DNA from: Lama guanicoe
Lineage: Eukaryota
Length of the DNA stretch: 64,000 nt
Assembly: GCA_013239625.1 (NCBI GenBank)
Contig: MU056144.1
Location: 368,099 to 432,098 of the forward strand
Reading direction: 5' to 3'
Shown in pieces: positions 36,012 to 50,389 of this stretch. Each line of letters opens with the position of its first letter. Within the stretch, counting starts at the first letter, position 1. A model generated the notes under the pieces. The model saw nothing but the letters and a program-made list of their open reading frames with translations. It searched no databases and had not been told where the DNA came from. A program made the translations under genes and the position numbers.

Positions 36012-38132
36012 ACTGCTATAACTTTCAAATATAATTAAATTGGTTGGTGTTCAAATCTATTTGTTTCAGAAATTTGTTTTGAAGTATTAACACAGTTTTT
36101 GATTATACACTTTCTGGACACATGACACTTTAAGATAAAAAAGAAAAGAGAAAATATAAGATTATTATTATGTGACTTCTTTTTTAAGAACCTTTTTTGA
36201 GAAAGAGCACCGTATCCAAGGCTGACTATAGAGCTGACTCCTATACGTCTCAACGTCGTCTAAAATCTCTTTCAGAGTCTTATTAGTCTTGGATCTGGTG
36301 TCATCCCTAAGCCATTTGTCACAGAAGTGGGTGTCTGTATGGGGTGGGGGGTGGTTCTAAACTTCAGTTCTATTTCACGGTCGTACTGTCTGCTCAGAAC
36401 TGTACAGCATAACAATGCCTCATCACTTCAGTCAAAAGAGAAATATCTAAGGTAGCTGTCTGCAGTTTACTGTGTGGCTCCAATCGATTGCTATCAAGGT
36501 AGAGAAAGAAGTAACATTTTTGAAAAAATAAGTATTTGTGGTGCTGCGTATATTTTTGTTTTAGCTTTCAACTCACACACAAAAGTCCAAAAGCATCCTA
36601 ATACTGTGAAGAGCTTCCTAAAATCACACACACACACAAAAAAAACCAAATCAATTCGCAGGAGAGAATTATCATCCAGATTAGGTTACTTGCAAATTTC
36701 CTACCTACCGTGGAATCCTCCAGACTAGGTCCATTAAAAGTCTACAAATTCAAGGAATGAGTCTTAGATAATTACTGTGTGATGCATTTGATGCTCTTAT
36801 AAAACAACAAAATACCCGATCACTTGCTTCCTGGAAAGGAAAAGATACAATCTTTATTAAAAATATGAAAGGTCATCTCCCCTTGGGAGAACTCCAGGTG
36901 TGAACGGGACAGAATTGATGGCTGTGCGCTCACTCTCATGATAGATGCTGCACTATCTTGAGGAAGATTAAAAGATTGTTGCTGCGAGGACTTATAGCAT
37001 CAAGCTGTAGTCAACTTCCTGTTGCCAGAGAGCTACTGTGAGCTCGGTGTGTCCCTACTCTGGTGACAGGTGGCCGGGCCAGGGCAGTGCTGTCCCGCTG
37101 TAGCTCCCTGGCAAAGGGGGGGCTGCCGTTCCAGAGTCACTGAGTGATCTACCCGTGAATATGCATGAGAAGCTAATTTGCAAGGATTCAGTGAAAAGCA
37201 AGTGTTTTGATGAGGAAGACTGAAATAACAAGAAGGGAGGAGTGAGCAAATGGGATAAATATACCATCCGCCTTGATTACCTCGCAGCTACCGCGGGCAT
37301 CACTCTTTATATTTTCCTTCAAGCTTGCAGTTTTCGTTCCTTGCATATTTTAAGCCCGACATGGGCCACTAAGAGAAGGGGAGCCAAACTACTCAGGGAG
37401 TTTATTTTAACCGGAAAATAAACAGTTCACGTGCAGATTTCCTCTCATGATTTTAAAAAATCATTTTAGGCCTGCATTTTGAAGAAATTAAAAATTTATT
37501 TTCGTTAGCAACCAGCCTTCTAATTTACCTTTAGACCAAAAATGGTTTTCTGCATCTAATCAGTCTTATTCATTAGCTGTTCCTTGATTCTTCATTAAAA
37601 AAAGAAAAAAAAAAGCCAAAAGCAAGTCACTTTAGGAGTGAAATTACAAAGCACAACAATGTAGGATTCTCTCCCCATATCTTTATTAGCCCTGAAATTG
37701 TAGTACTTCGCAATTAACTCTAACATATACTGTCCTTTCCTCTAGAAGAAATCTATTACTTAACATGAACAAGTAAGAGACGGCTATGAACATACCTTCA
37801 GATGAACAGAATGAAACCCCTGGAGAGGATTCCTAATTTTTTCTTTTTAATTGAATTTCCCTAAGTTGCACCAAAGGTTTCCACTGAAACATGCACTCGG
37901 CAAATGAAAAAAAAGAAAAAACAATAGAACCTCTCACAAAAGAGTTACCTTGTACACGCTGCTCAGGAAACTTGGAACCACGTGTCTTGCCCTGAATGAT
38001 GTGTGTGTGTTTACGTGTTTGTGTAACTTTGCACATATGTAAGTCTAATATCGAAAAAGGAAGAAGAGACAATTAGAATTGACTTAAAAATAACAAGACA
38101 GAGTGAATGGAAAAGGTAGAGTTGGAACACTG

Positions 38133-38360
38133 TGGTGGAAAACACACTGGGTTAGATATTAGAAGATCTAAACTTAGATCTTGGGTCAACCCTAAGCCAT
38201 GTGACCTTGGCAATCAACCTCTCAGATACTCGGTTTCTTATTTATAAATATGTATAATAAAGACTGTTTCTTAACAGATTCTTAGAAGGATAAAAACCCA
38301 GTGATTTATGCAAATCTATTTGGTAAACTACTAAGTGTCATACACAGTATCTGTTTCTTA
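38133..38360 (+). mobile_element. MIR SINE (near full length)
   Basis: agccatgtgaccttggcaatcaacctctcagatactcggtttcttatttataaa. Confidence 0.85.
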
Positions 38361-39329
38361 GTGGTTCAGTTGATAGTGTCTGACATGTCTTTGAGTCTCG
38401 GCTTTCCCATCAATAAAATGAAAGGAAAGGGATTAAATGTTTTCTCAGCATTGTTAGGCAACCCAAGTGTAATTTTGTTAATACAAAATGAGTTGTGGGC
38501 TGAAGGCATGGGCTCGGGCCATTGTGAATCACAGGGAGGGAATCAGAGGGATGGGAGGAGGGTGAGGAGGGTGCAGTGCAGTGAGCTGGGCTGGGGGGGG
38601 AGGGGAAGTCGCCGTGGATCGAGAAAGCCAAGATAAAAAGTGTCTATATTAATTATAAATTTGAAACAATGGCATCAAGTCAAAATACTGTTTACAGGTA
38701 GATGAGAAATACAACAACATTAGATTTAGTCAAAAAATAATTCAGGAAGATATACAGCTGACTTTAGACCTCAAAAACAACCATGGTCATTGTCTTGGAC
38801 AGCTTGCACTTACTGACTTGTCAGGTTCCTTGATTTTTTTTTTTTATCATTAGATTTAGAGCCCTCTTTTTCTCTCTGTTTTTCCATCTTTATTTTTATT
38901 TAGGCATATATAGCTTCCAAATCCTACATTTATCTTTATGTACACAAAGTATGCGAAGTATACATGAGCACCTTCCCACCACACAGATGCTATCAATTGT
39001 GGCTTCTAGATTCCAAGATACATTCTGACACAAAGACATGAAGTCATATGATCAACAGCCAAGAAGCAGGAGATCGGGCATCCAAGACCAGCACTGTAAA
39101 TCCAAATCAGAGAATAGCTTAAATACTGCAGATGTCTGGTCTTAACTGGGTAGAAAAAATGCAGAGTTCTCTCAATAGGAGGTAAAGGAAACAGGCATCA
39201 GAAGCCCATTCATTAATGGGCTGTGTGGAAATCCGCCAAGGATCATTGCCACTGTGCTGTGGGAGACCTAGGAGTGGGTACTCAAACAAAACTGAAGAAA
39301 GCTATTCTAAGACAACAAAAACCAAAAAA

Positions 39330-39510
39330 CATTCACTAACCACATACTATGTGCCACAAACTATCTAATTCTTAACACTGATCTTATGAAATACAGACAC
39401 AGGTAAGGACATAAAGAGCTTAGAGAAGCTACTCACTTGCCTAAGGCAATACTGGGAGTGAAGAGTAGAACCAGACTTGACTGCAGGGGTGCTCTTGAGT
39501 CTTACCCCCT
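39330..39510 (-). mobile_element. MIR remnant
   Basis: tactatgtgcca...acaggtaaggacataaagagcttagagaagctactcacttgcctaagg. Confidence 0.6.
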
Positions 39511-40339
39511 AAGCATCCTTGCCTTTCTCAGGCAGCAAGAGGCAGAGTTCCAGCACTGTCCTCTGCCTTTGTCCCTGTATCTAGTCCCTGTGTGCTCTAA
39601 GGGTTTATCTTCAGGGAAACTGTATTCTAGACAATTACAGAATGTTAGTAGGAACTTCTTTTCTGATTAGTTGATTGGATACTTAATAAGAGCTTGGTAC
39701 CAAACAAGACACTTCACAAAATCTACTTTGCCCTCTGGTTGATATAGAGAATTCACAGAATAAGGGCGTGTAACTTTTCTGTTAATCCTGAACATTAGAG
39801 GGGAAATATCCTTGGGTCTGAAACATTTCAAGGCAGGATCACCGGATAGTATTTCCAAAGACAAGCATCTCTGAAAAAGTTAGGGGGACAGTGTTCCATT
39901 TATAGTCTCACTGTTACCATCACTTCTGAAAATTCACCCACAGTTTACGGAGGACATTGAGAATATGAAAGATTCTGTGATGGGGCAAAGAAGCATAACC
40001 TTTCCAAACTTTTCTCAAAACAAATTCCCTTGAATTGATCTTAAGATACTGCATTGCCTGTTCCCACGATGCTAGCAGACACCATGAGATCACGAGGGTT
40101 ACTTATATTCTGCGAACTGAAGCATCTCCAGCTGCACTACATTATCCTCTCACTCCAGGGAAGCCAAGACGAAGAGTGTTTCCAGGTATCAGCCACTGGC
40201 GGTAAATAAATATTGACTGGATAATTCCTATGTGGCAAATTCTTCAACGTGCTCTCTAGATAATGAGACCGAGGGCGGCATATTTTGTGTCTCAGGGATC
40301 TAATGATATGTAGTATTAACGACACCATAACATGAGTCA

Positions 40340-40590
40340 AGAAGTTCTCAAATGGATGCAGGGGAAGAGCTGTGACAGTTCAGAGGGCAATGATTTGGAA
40401 GTCTTCTTTGAGTTTGGAGCTTTCACTTGTCCTTAAAGGATGGGTAAGATTTAACGGGGGGTGGGGGGGAGGATGAGATTTTCCAGGCATGAGGAACTGT
40501 AAGAATAAAGTTGCAAAGTTGGCAACATTGGTCCTATTCAGGGGACTGAAATGCAATTAATCATTTGGCTGGACAAGAAGGTCCAACTGC
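40340..40590 (-). mobile_element. L2 fragment
   Basis: cttgtccttaaaggatgggtaagattt...ttccaggcatgaggaactgtaagaataaag. Confidence 0.6.
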
Positions 40591-40669
40591 AGAGCACGTT
40601 CCTGAAAATATAACTGAGAACTGACTCCATTAATTAACTTGTCCATATTTCTTAGTCAAATAACTGTGA

Positions 40670-40845
40670 TTTTTAACCCTGTGTCTGCCACCACCAGTGT
40701 AATCCTGAGCAAGTTAATTTCTCTAAAACTTTATTTTCTCTCTGTAATAAAAAGGATGCTTTCTCACAGAGTCAGAGAGTTAAAATGTGACTTTGCATAA
40801 AGACTCTAATAGAGTGTCTGGTGTGTCGCTAAGGCAGCTACGTGG
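40670..40845 (+). mobile_element. MIR SINE
   Basis: tctgccaccaccagtgtaatcctgagcaagttaatttctctaaaactttattttctctctgtaa. Confidence 0.75.
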
Positions 40846-43800
40846 TGTTTTAAAGTAAAAATAAAAATAAATACAAGAATAAGAATGGGTTGCATCCTCA
40901 CTAAAATGAATTTTGATTGAACTATGAAATTTTTTTACTGTTCTATAGAAAGCCTACAAATTTAACTTCAGTTGTAGCTACAGATTTAGTCATACTGAGA
41001 TTTTGGTACCTGAATTTTTTGTTTCTTCAGCACGAAAATGAAAGCTAATGGCTGTAAAATTTGACTGAGGTTTCAAGGACATTCATAGTAGCATTAAAAA
41101 TAATTTTAAAAATCTTAAATCATAGTTGTCAGTAAGTGTTGAGAGAAAGCCCTGTCTTAAGAAATTCAACCAATGTTTCTTTCAAGTCAGGCTACTGGCT
41201 GCACATTTTAGCATTTATTAGGTATTTGTCTTTAAACATGTCACATTGTTCCTTATTCAGTTTAATTTTAGTTCTATTTTTAAAGTATACATTTTATAAG
41301 TTACTTTAACATGTACATTTGCTATATTTCGAATTTAAATTTGAAGAGCTGATCTTTTTAACCACTTAGAACAAACTTTAATTAATGGAAGCTTTGATGC
41401 TTATTTTTAAAACTTAGCCTGTCCAAAAAAAAATGTTTAAAATACAAGTAAAATTTATTTCATTAATACCGTTTTCTCAGAAAGAAAAAAAAATCGTTCA
41501 GATTTTTAAGCATCTATTATAAACTCAGAGTGTTCTATAGGAAGCCTGTGAAAGCCAGAACAGCTTTAACGCCTATTCAAATCCTCTTTTTAAGCAGCCA
41601 GTGGAAGCTAGAGTACTGACTGTTGAGTAAGTCAGTAAGACAACAGTAAGATTCCAAATGCTTTGGCGGGGGGGAGTAACTTTTACTGAAAAACATGTTT
41701 TTGGAATTTTCCCATCAGTCACTTTCACTGTTTAGTGTATCTACTGCTATTACACAAGATGATATTGAAATTTTTTCTGAGCAGAACCCGTCTATTCTGA
41801 CATGTGTACTATATATAGCTTCATGATAATTCTTATTGCCTGTGCCTGCCAGTAAGGTAAGTTCTGCTCATGAGGTTAGACGCTGCCTTCATGGAATTAT
41901 TGGAAAGGCATCCTGAGACCTTACTGATCTCGAACGAAAGGGTCCTCCTCTACGCTCATCTACACGGGTCCCTGTTATTAAAGAGGATGTAGAAGAGACC
42001 GAAGGCACGACTACAATTCTCAAGGTAACCTGGGGTGGGGGGCAATTTTTTTCTGCCTTTTATATTATAACACATTTTTAAATGCTTTTGTTTGTTTATA
42101 ATATACAACTGACCCAAGGATCATGATCTCAAAGGATGCTCCACTTAATTCCCTGCATAATAAAAGCCTACTACTCATGGATTCCTCTGGTGACAAACAT
42201 GAACGGGAAAGGAAGTCAAGGTCCCCTGAGTTGACACAAGAGAGGTGGAGACCAGTACATAATCAAATCACGACAGCAGAGTGCATTTCAGTGCTGGAAT
42301 AGAGGTCTGTGTGAGGTGCTGTTGGAGTCCAGCAGTAGAAGCGGCTGGTTAGGAAAAGACCCAAAGAAGGGTCAGGAACTTCGCTTTAAAGATGTCAGAC
42401 ATCACTCTTTAATATGACAAGTGACACCTTCCCACCTCTCCTCAATTGACCCAGAAGCATCACTTCTTATTCCTACGCTCCTGTAGCAGGATTCTGAAGA
42501 CAGTTCAGGGATGGCCAGTTGTCATGGAGCTTGGGTTGAGGGACGCAAAACGGATCAGCAACAGTATCTCAAAATGAATCCCCCCCCAAAAGAACAAATG
42601 CTTAGCCACGTGAGAAATGCTTATTTAAAGACGTCTACCCAAATAGATATACCATCCGGCTCTACTACATAATAAATGACCTCGTTTTTAAAACCCCTAC
42701 TATTGAGGGAAATTTATATAATTCATCTGTATTTGTGCAGATTTACTGGCATTAAATAGATGCTATCAAGCAAGATGGCTTATTTAATGCATTTTCCACC
42801 TGTGGATGTCTTGACTCAGTGGAAGCAAGACAGGATCAGATAACAATCTCATTACCCTGCAGAGGAGTTTAGCAATTGGCTGTGGGATTGATATAATAAT
42901 TAAATTTCAGCTGGAACTGACTGCAGTATTTGCTCCTGGTTTATCAGAAAATGGTAACATTTCTGCAAGCAAATAAAGGCACTTTAAATACTGTAAGATG
43001 ATAATTATTCATTTTAAATACTGAAAAAAAAAGAGGACTAAAATTACAATTTGTGAGCAGGAGTAAATGACCAAATGTGCAGTTGTGTAAATGCGTGTGC
43101 GTGTGCAGAGAGGAGGGGAGATATTTACATGACATCTATTTTAACAGAGCTGTGTCATTCTTAGGATATAGTTCAGATGACAATTTAACAGCATTCAACA
43201 AGTATGTGAAATGTATTTAACCAAAGTGGAGTAAAATGATCTTTCATGTTACACAAAATGAGGGGGGTGGATGGTTAACAACAGGTTGAAATCTATCCAA
43301 AATATGGTTGAACTAAATATGAAAATGTATGATATTTGAGAGAATATTCTACCATACATAAGCCTTCCATGGCAAGCAACAGAATGCCTAATAAACAAAA
43401 AATTAAAAAATGAAAAAGATTTTCTTGGTTTGTTATACTTCTAAAAAATAGCATTTCATACACATTGTGGCTGGTTTTGTGGGACAGTGGGTTGTTAGCA
43501 TTTGAGAAACAAATCAGAGGCACGCACCCCGGATGTGGTAATTATAACCCTTCAACTATGCTGACATCTCATAACCTTCAAAAGCTTTTTCATGATCATC
43601 CTGGAGAATTAGTGAAATACGTTTCATTCGTGAAGCACGTCACGTGCACTTGCTAAGATCCCACGTGGGAGACGCCACCTCGCATGGACAGCCTTTGGGA
43701 CTTGGTGCATCTGGACTCCTCGACCCTTCACGGCTGCCTCTGGCCATGAATTCCATCAGGTCCCATGAGTAACCACTTCCAGAGGATGCTCTGGCCTGAT

Positions 43801-45334
43801 TCCAACTCGGTGGTAGCCAACTCCTGCGAACTCTCAGGCATGCCGTTTGTCAAAGTACTCAAAAAGACAAAAGTCTGGGATGTCATGAATCTCTCGGAGT
43901 GGATTTTATGACTTGTTCTGCTTGATTGCTAAGAACAGCTTGAATGGGTAGCAGAATCTGACTTCCGTGATTTACTCTCACTGTAACATGAGATGAGATC
44001 ATGATTGAGCAACAGAAGAACTGTAACCCCCACCTCTAAGGAGGGAACACCGAGGAATACTGAAAAGGAAGTCATCAACTGTGGGCAGTCAAACTGGTTT
44101 AGGTCAGTTTGCAACATAACCGCTCACATACACAGAGCAAGTGAATATCCAGGTTTGTCTACCTAGTGAGTAAGGAAACAAGGAGTTAATTAATAAAGAA
44201 GCACTGTGTAGCAGCAAGGATTCTAGACAGAGTAACAAGATACTCGAGCCCCAGATTTGAGCCACAGGCAATTTCCCCTAAAGCCTTCCATTTCCTGAGA
44301 ATTCTGGACTTTATGACTAAAGGGCTATTTTCAACACTAAAAGTCTATAAATTTTACCCCAAAAATGTGATACATTCCCCTCGCTGTCTTCTAATAGAGA
44401 ACACAATTAAAGACAACTTTTCTGGAACAATCTTACAGAATACAGTGTAATTCACCTGCAAGCTTTCCTTCCTTTGGTTCTAATGCCCAGTCCCCCTAAA
44501 TGGTCATTATAATCAGTTGCATAAGAGTCTTTTAGACTTCCCGCGTGGGCAAGTAACAACAGAGAACATATGGTCACTGCCTCTTTTCCCCAGTTCCTTT
44601 CTTACCTTCTTAAAAGTTTATATCCTTTCAGAACCTAAATACCAAGAGTGAGTCTGACCTACAATTCTCTCACTCACAGCTTTAATGGTATCGTGGGGAG
44701 ACAAGTCAGAAAACCTGGCTATCAGTCAAAATAACCATCATTATGTGTAAGTATATTAATTTAAATTGAATGTTGCTTTGAAATATTTCATCCTGGCAGT
44801 TCAGTGATGCCCATATGCCTACTCCTAATCTTACTGTGTGTACAATTTCAGAAGGGTTATCTTCCCTGTTCGTTTAATCAACCAGAATTATCTGAAAAGA
44901 ACCCGGCCGTGTAGAGCAAGATCCTTCAAGTCTCAGGTGCCCGTGTTTCTCCTCCACGTGGAATTACCTGTCCTGGAAGCTAATCTTTTCCACTGAGGAA
45001 AGTGAGATGCATGAAACAGTGCCGGCTCCCCAGTGTCAGATTTCACATATCTCTTCATCCCTTTGCTCTCCTCCTTACCCCTGTAAATATTACACTTTGC
45101 TGCCTAAATAGATGGCGCAGCCATTCTTATGAGGAATGTTTGTTTTGAGCAAACACCGGTTCCGGTGAAACGATTAGACTTTTCAACAATCTTGTGTTTT
45201 CTACTTGAATTTTTCTCACTGAGTCTTCTTCCATGCCTTAGGATTTCTGTTGTGCTCCTTTGATTCCTGGAGTTGTCATGTTCCGAAGGATAGGAACAGA
45301 GGAATAAGAGAAAGTCACAGAAGTTGAGGAAGGG

Positions 45335-45575
45335 AAATTAACATTTACCAAGCATCCACCATAATCCTAGCACTATTCTACATTATTTGCATGCATTGTA
45401 TAGCTTTTATATTAGAACAGTGAGGTAATTATTATTTTCCTCATTTTATGAATGATTGTGTTAAGTCTAAACGAGTTAATTAATTTATCCAAAGTTATGA
45501 AGCCAGTGAGGATCAAAGCCAGATACTAAGACCACGTGTGTCTGAGATTCAGTCCATTGTCTTTCCCTTGTGCTT
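45335..45575 (-). mobile_element. MIR SINE
   Basis: tgaggtaattattattttcctcattttatgaatga...gttaattaatttatccaaagttat. Confidence 0.75.
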
Positions 45576-46604
45576 TGCTGCCTCCTCTGTCTCCTTCTCC
45601 TAAATGCTTCAAAGGAATATGACACATAGTATTTTTAGGTTATAGTGGTATTTTAAAACAAGTTTTCTATTGCAACTTGGGCAAACAAAATAGACATTAG
45701 ACATTAGAAAAAATAGCAGTGAAAAACCTTATTTTTTCATACATTTCTTAAAAGAATATTTTCTAGAATTCAACCAACAAGACTGACATAATATTGGGAT
45801 CTAACAAAATCATTAGGTGTTCCTATTTAATATCGCTGATTAAGAATTATGGGAGTGGAAAGAACAGCTCTCTCTTTTGAGTGTGTATTAAACGCTTTGC
45901 ACTAAGCTTCAGCCTTACACACATTAACCATTCGGTTTTTGCAGCCTTTCTGTACACGTATTAGCATCACTGTTGCCCAACTCAGAAATCAGTCAACTTT
46001 GGTCGCCCCAATGTTAACTGACAGAGCCAGTTATTAGCTTGGCTTCTGACATCAAGGTCCATACTTTCAAACATACAAGAGACTGCCCCTTAGATAACAC
46101 ACCATGTGCTCACACCGCACACTCTGGAAGCTGATTGTATTAAATGTAATACTCTTTTATACTCCTACTATTCTCTAAACTTTCCCATATATTAATATAT
46201 CTCTTTCTAAAGTCTACAACCTTCCTCATGGCTGTTGTTCTGTGAATTAGTGTTTTAAAACACTTGCTGTATTGAAAAATGATAGATTTCAGATAGATTG
46301 ATAGATAGATTGATTTATAGACAGACAGATAGAACAATATCTTATATCGCCCTATACGACTAAAGTAATGCGCACCTAAAGCAAAGGCAAAATTTATTTT
46401 CAAGGAGTGGGTGGGATGGGGTGGAAAGGTATATCCAGAATTAATCAGACTTAGCTGTCATTACACAGCATCTTGAGCTTTTCAGTTGATTTTACCAGTG
46501 CTCCCTGAGGCAGGGAGCGGGTATGGAAGGGAGGACTCAGGAACAGAGGTCTTGGTACCCATTCACTCCAGGACTCAGCTCAGCACAGAGGACACTGGCC
46601 CACG

Positions 46605-46725
46605 AGTGAAGAGTCAAAGATTTTCAGGCTCAAGATTGAGTCCTGACTCTCTCTTTCCTCTGAAGAATAAATTAACCTCTCTCAGCCCCCATTTTCTACA
46701 TTCGCAAAGTGGGGGAGATAATATT
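46605..46725 (+). mobile_element. MIR fragment
   Basis: aaattaacctctctcagcccccattttctacattcgcaaagtgggggagataata. Confidence 0.65.
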
Positions 46726-47678
46726 TAAGTAGAGCAGAGGATTATCATCAGGTGCAATGGAAAAAAAGGAGGCAAAATGCAATTTGCGAACACTCGAGTG
46801 CTACAGGAGGGCAATTTCCCTCTTTTTGAACACCTGTTTTGTCAAAAAGGTCTTGATGGCTCTGACACTGACTTGCCTCAGGGACTCTGTGCCATTCAGG
46901 CCACCTGTCTGGGCAGCTGTGCATGGCCGGTGCCCTGCACATTGAGTTCAGAGTGAGTGATAGCAAGAGCTGGTAGCAGGACCAGCCCCACGCTCTGTCC
47001 TCTGCTCTGCAGAAAAGTAAGGATGCTAAACACTCCACAATCTTTAAAAAATTATACCAGTCTCACCTCCATACACACCAGCAACCAACAAAGTAACAAA
47101 GAACAGAAAGAATGAAAGAACAGAAGAAAAAAGTGTCTGGGGCTTTTGAGGAACTTGTAGGGGGAAAGAAACAAAAACAATATAACATAGCCTTTAAAAA
47201 CAGTTATCTTAATTTTGTGAATAGCAAAGATTACACAAAGAAAAGGGTTTCCAATGAAAATGTGTGTGGTCGGGTTTATTGGCCTCGGAGTGAAATCACC
47301 TTCGAGAAAATGGATTTGGAAATCAGTGTGAACAATATCTAAGGCTTTGGGGGTGAGAGGTGATTCCCACACTGAAGATAAATTACTATTGCTAGAAACT
47401 CTGAGAGGAGGATGTGTTAGGAGCTTCAAATCTCACTACCTCAAAGCAAAAGCCTCGGCAAAGCTAGACATCGAGACAGAAGGTCGAAGTCATTCAGCCA
47501 TCACAGTGCAGCTGCAAATTGTGTGAGCAAGGCTCTAGCGGTGTGCGGACGCGTGCTGGCGCAGAGTCAACACTCATCACTCGGCACTTGCATCAGCCTG
47601 CGAGAGCCAGATGTGTGTTGATAGGATATGTGACCACCACGTGGAATGGCCAAAAGGACAACTCTTTAACTGCTTTCC

Positions 47679-47696
47679 GTGTGTGTGTGTGTGTGT
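47679..47696. repeat. (GT)9 microsatellite
   Basis: Seen directly. Confidence 0.9.
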
Positions 47697-48509
47697 TTCT
47701 TCACACACATCCTGCATTTTTTTTAAACCAAATGACACAACAGCAATGCTCATGACGGAAATGTGAATGAATCACACAACTTTTAAACTTACCTAATTAA
47801 AGCTGGCACTTCTGGAAACATACACAGATCGCTAAGCGTAAGGATACTGACAAGGTTCTCACTTTGATCCCGAAAGTGGTAAGTGCTCACGCTGACGTAG
47901 GAACACATTTTTTAGGAAATGAAACCTCAGCATTTTCACAGCATTCCATTGAAATGTTCACTTTGTGATACATCAGCTTTTAAAAGTATTACATTTGTGT
48001 AGTAACCTTTTTAGAGCAACCTAAACTGTATTCATCCAAATTTTCTTTCAAAATAAAATCATTAGTCCCAAATTTTACGAATGCCAATTATTTCCTTGAA
48101 GAGAACACAGATTGGACTTTCATATTTAAAAACACAAAAGAATGTGTGCATCTAATGTCTTCTAATTTGAAACATGAATAAGTAAACATACACTCAAGTA
48201 AAAGCATTCATTTTCTGCATTAAACATCTTTTCACACATCCATCTAATACTAACCACTAAATGAAGGACATCCGAAGCACATAAAACTACTGATAGAAAC
48301 TAATGCTGTAGTATTTATATCAACATTTTCAAGTTGGTATGTTTGGTACTAAAAAAAGGAACGTATCATATAAACTGTGAAATAAAAGAATTTTAATAGA
48401 TCCCCTACATGGTAAGGATAGAAGATGAAGGTAAATCTGTGTTCTAGTTTTTCAAATATAGCAAGGGTGGTATCAAATATTGCCATGCAAACTGTGGGGA
48501 TAATTTCAT

Positions 48510-49352
48510 ATATCCATGTATTCAACATATATTTCCTGAGCACCTCCTAGGTGACAGGCATTGTCCTAGGGAAGGGATTACAAGAGCAAACAAAAGAGAC
48601 TAAAACAGATGTCTCACAGAGCTGTCTCTCCAGTGGGAAGAAAATAATAATATGGTGAGATAGGGGATATCAAAAAAATTTGGAGAAGGATGCAATTTTA
48701 GACAGTGTGGCAAAGTAAGGCTTTACTGGGAGTGACATTCTAAGTAAAGATGTGACAGGAAGTAGAGAAAACTAGACACACATTTATCTGAGGAGAGGCA
48801 GAGAGAATTTTAAGTACACTGTCCGGAGAACGCTGTGTGTTTAAGGACCAGCAAGGGGGCCGAGTGGTTGCAATAGAGACCAGAGGGGAAGGGCAGTAAG
48901 AGATGAAGATGGGGAACAGATGAATGGAGCACAGACCAGGAAGGGTCTCACACATCACAGTGAGGGACCCTGCCCCTCTCCCCCTGAGTAAGCAGGGAAG
49001 CCCTCGGAGAGGTTTCAGAAGAGAAGCACCATGATCCAACAGTATTAGTGGGCCCTTCTGGCTGCCCCATTGTGGGCAGGAGCCAAAGACAGGACCAAGC
49101 AGAGCTTTACTGAAAGAATCCAGGTAAGAAAAGACACCGGCAACTTAAAGTGGGGGGAGATGGGGGGACTGGTGAGAAGTGACCAGACCCAGAACGTGTT
49201 GGGTCTAAGGGAGACACGGTGAGAGGAGTCAAGGGCATCACCAAGATTTCTGATCTCTGTAACTGAAAGACGGAGTTGCGTTCACCGTCAGGGAAACTGA
49301 CGAAGGAGCTGTTGAAAGGGTGGGGGTGGCCGATGTGGAATTGCACCTGGGA
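48510..49352 (-). mobile_element. L2a-like LINE 3' portion
   Basis: attcaacatatttcctgagcacctcctaggtgacaggcattgtcctagg...gaggagtcaagggcatcaccaagatttctga. Confidence 0.9.
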
Positions 49353-50389
49353 TCCTTTAAACGGGCAGAACAATTTGATCATAATCTTTTTTCAGAATAT
49401 GATTGGTTCTGTCAAACAGGAAAACGTTGGACAATAATATTTGGGCACGATAAACATGTAATAATAGTTGCAACCTTGCTTAAAGCCCTTCAGCGAATCC
49501 CTGTGGCTTTGAGAATGTTCTGAATTCCAGAGAGTGTCGTAGGACCTTCTGGTTTTGACCCTAGTTTATATCAATTGCACGTTGTTGTCTATGTTTCCAG
49601 TGAACTGTGTAGATACACATTTTAGTTACATCCGGCATCTATAGTTGAAACGGAGGGGGCTGTATCTTCTCATGCATATGATCACGGGCATTAAAATGAT
49701 TACGTATTAGCGGGACAACTCAGAAATGATCGATATCGCCTGTCTCTGAAAGGGTGGGGAAATTGGAAGGACACAGAGGGAGAGAGGAGAGGGAGTGGGG
49801 AGAAGAGAAAGAGGAGAAGCAAGATTTGTCTGTGGCCACCTGCTGCCCAGCCCCAGCCCCGCGCTCAGGGTCCCACTGTACGAACGTGGTGCTGTGGTAT
49901 CAGCACCTGAAAAGAAAGAACAGCATGTGTGTAAAAAAAAAGGGATAAAGTGTGGATCTCCTTCACTTACTGTTTTGAAACTGAAATCAGTTGAGTGTGA
50001 TGGTACCTTTATGCCAGTTTCCCCTGACTCCAAATATATCATTTTGATCAGATGTACCGTACCAAAACACCGCTCTCGTCTTGTTATTCCCTGGTGAATA
50101 TTTTTGGAATCAATTTTTTTCCCACCATCTACACATGTTCCCATAACCATGTCTGTCAACTTGATATTGTTATTCCTTCCCCTCCTGCTTATAACCCTTT
50201 CCTCCTTTTCTCCATCTTACTGGACTCCAGACCCCCTTTTAAATGTCACTTCCTCCATGAAGCCTCCTCTGATTGTTTCTCTTTAATGACCTGTATTACA
50301 GATTTTAAGCACTAAATTGTTCTTGAACATCTTGTTCTCTTAATTGGTTTATTTACTGAGTATACAAATACTATGCTGAAGCCCTGTGA

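Noticed and set aside
44606-44635. About 29-nt minus-strand microexon candidate (VLKGYKLLR) with a gtaag donor
   Set aside because: Frame-shifting length, modest acceptor and unrecognised peptide.
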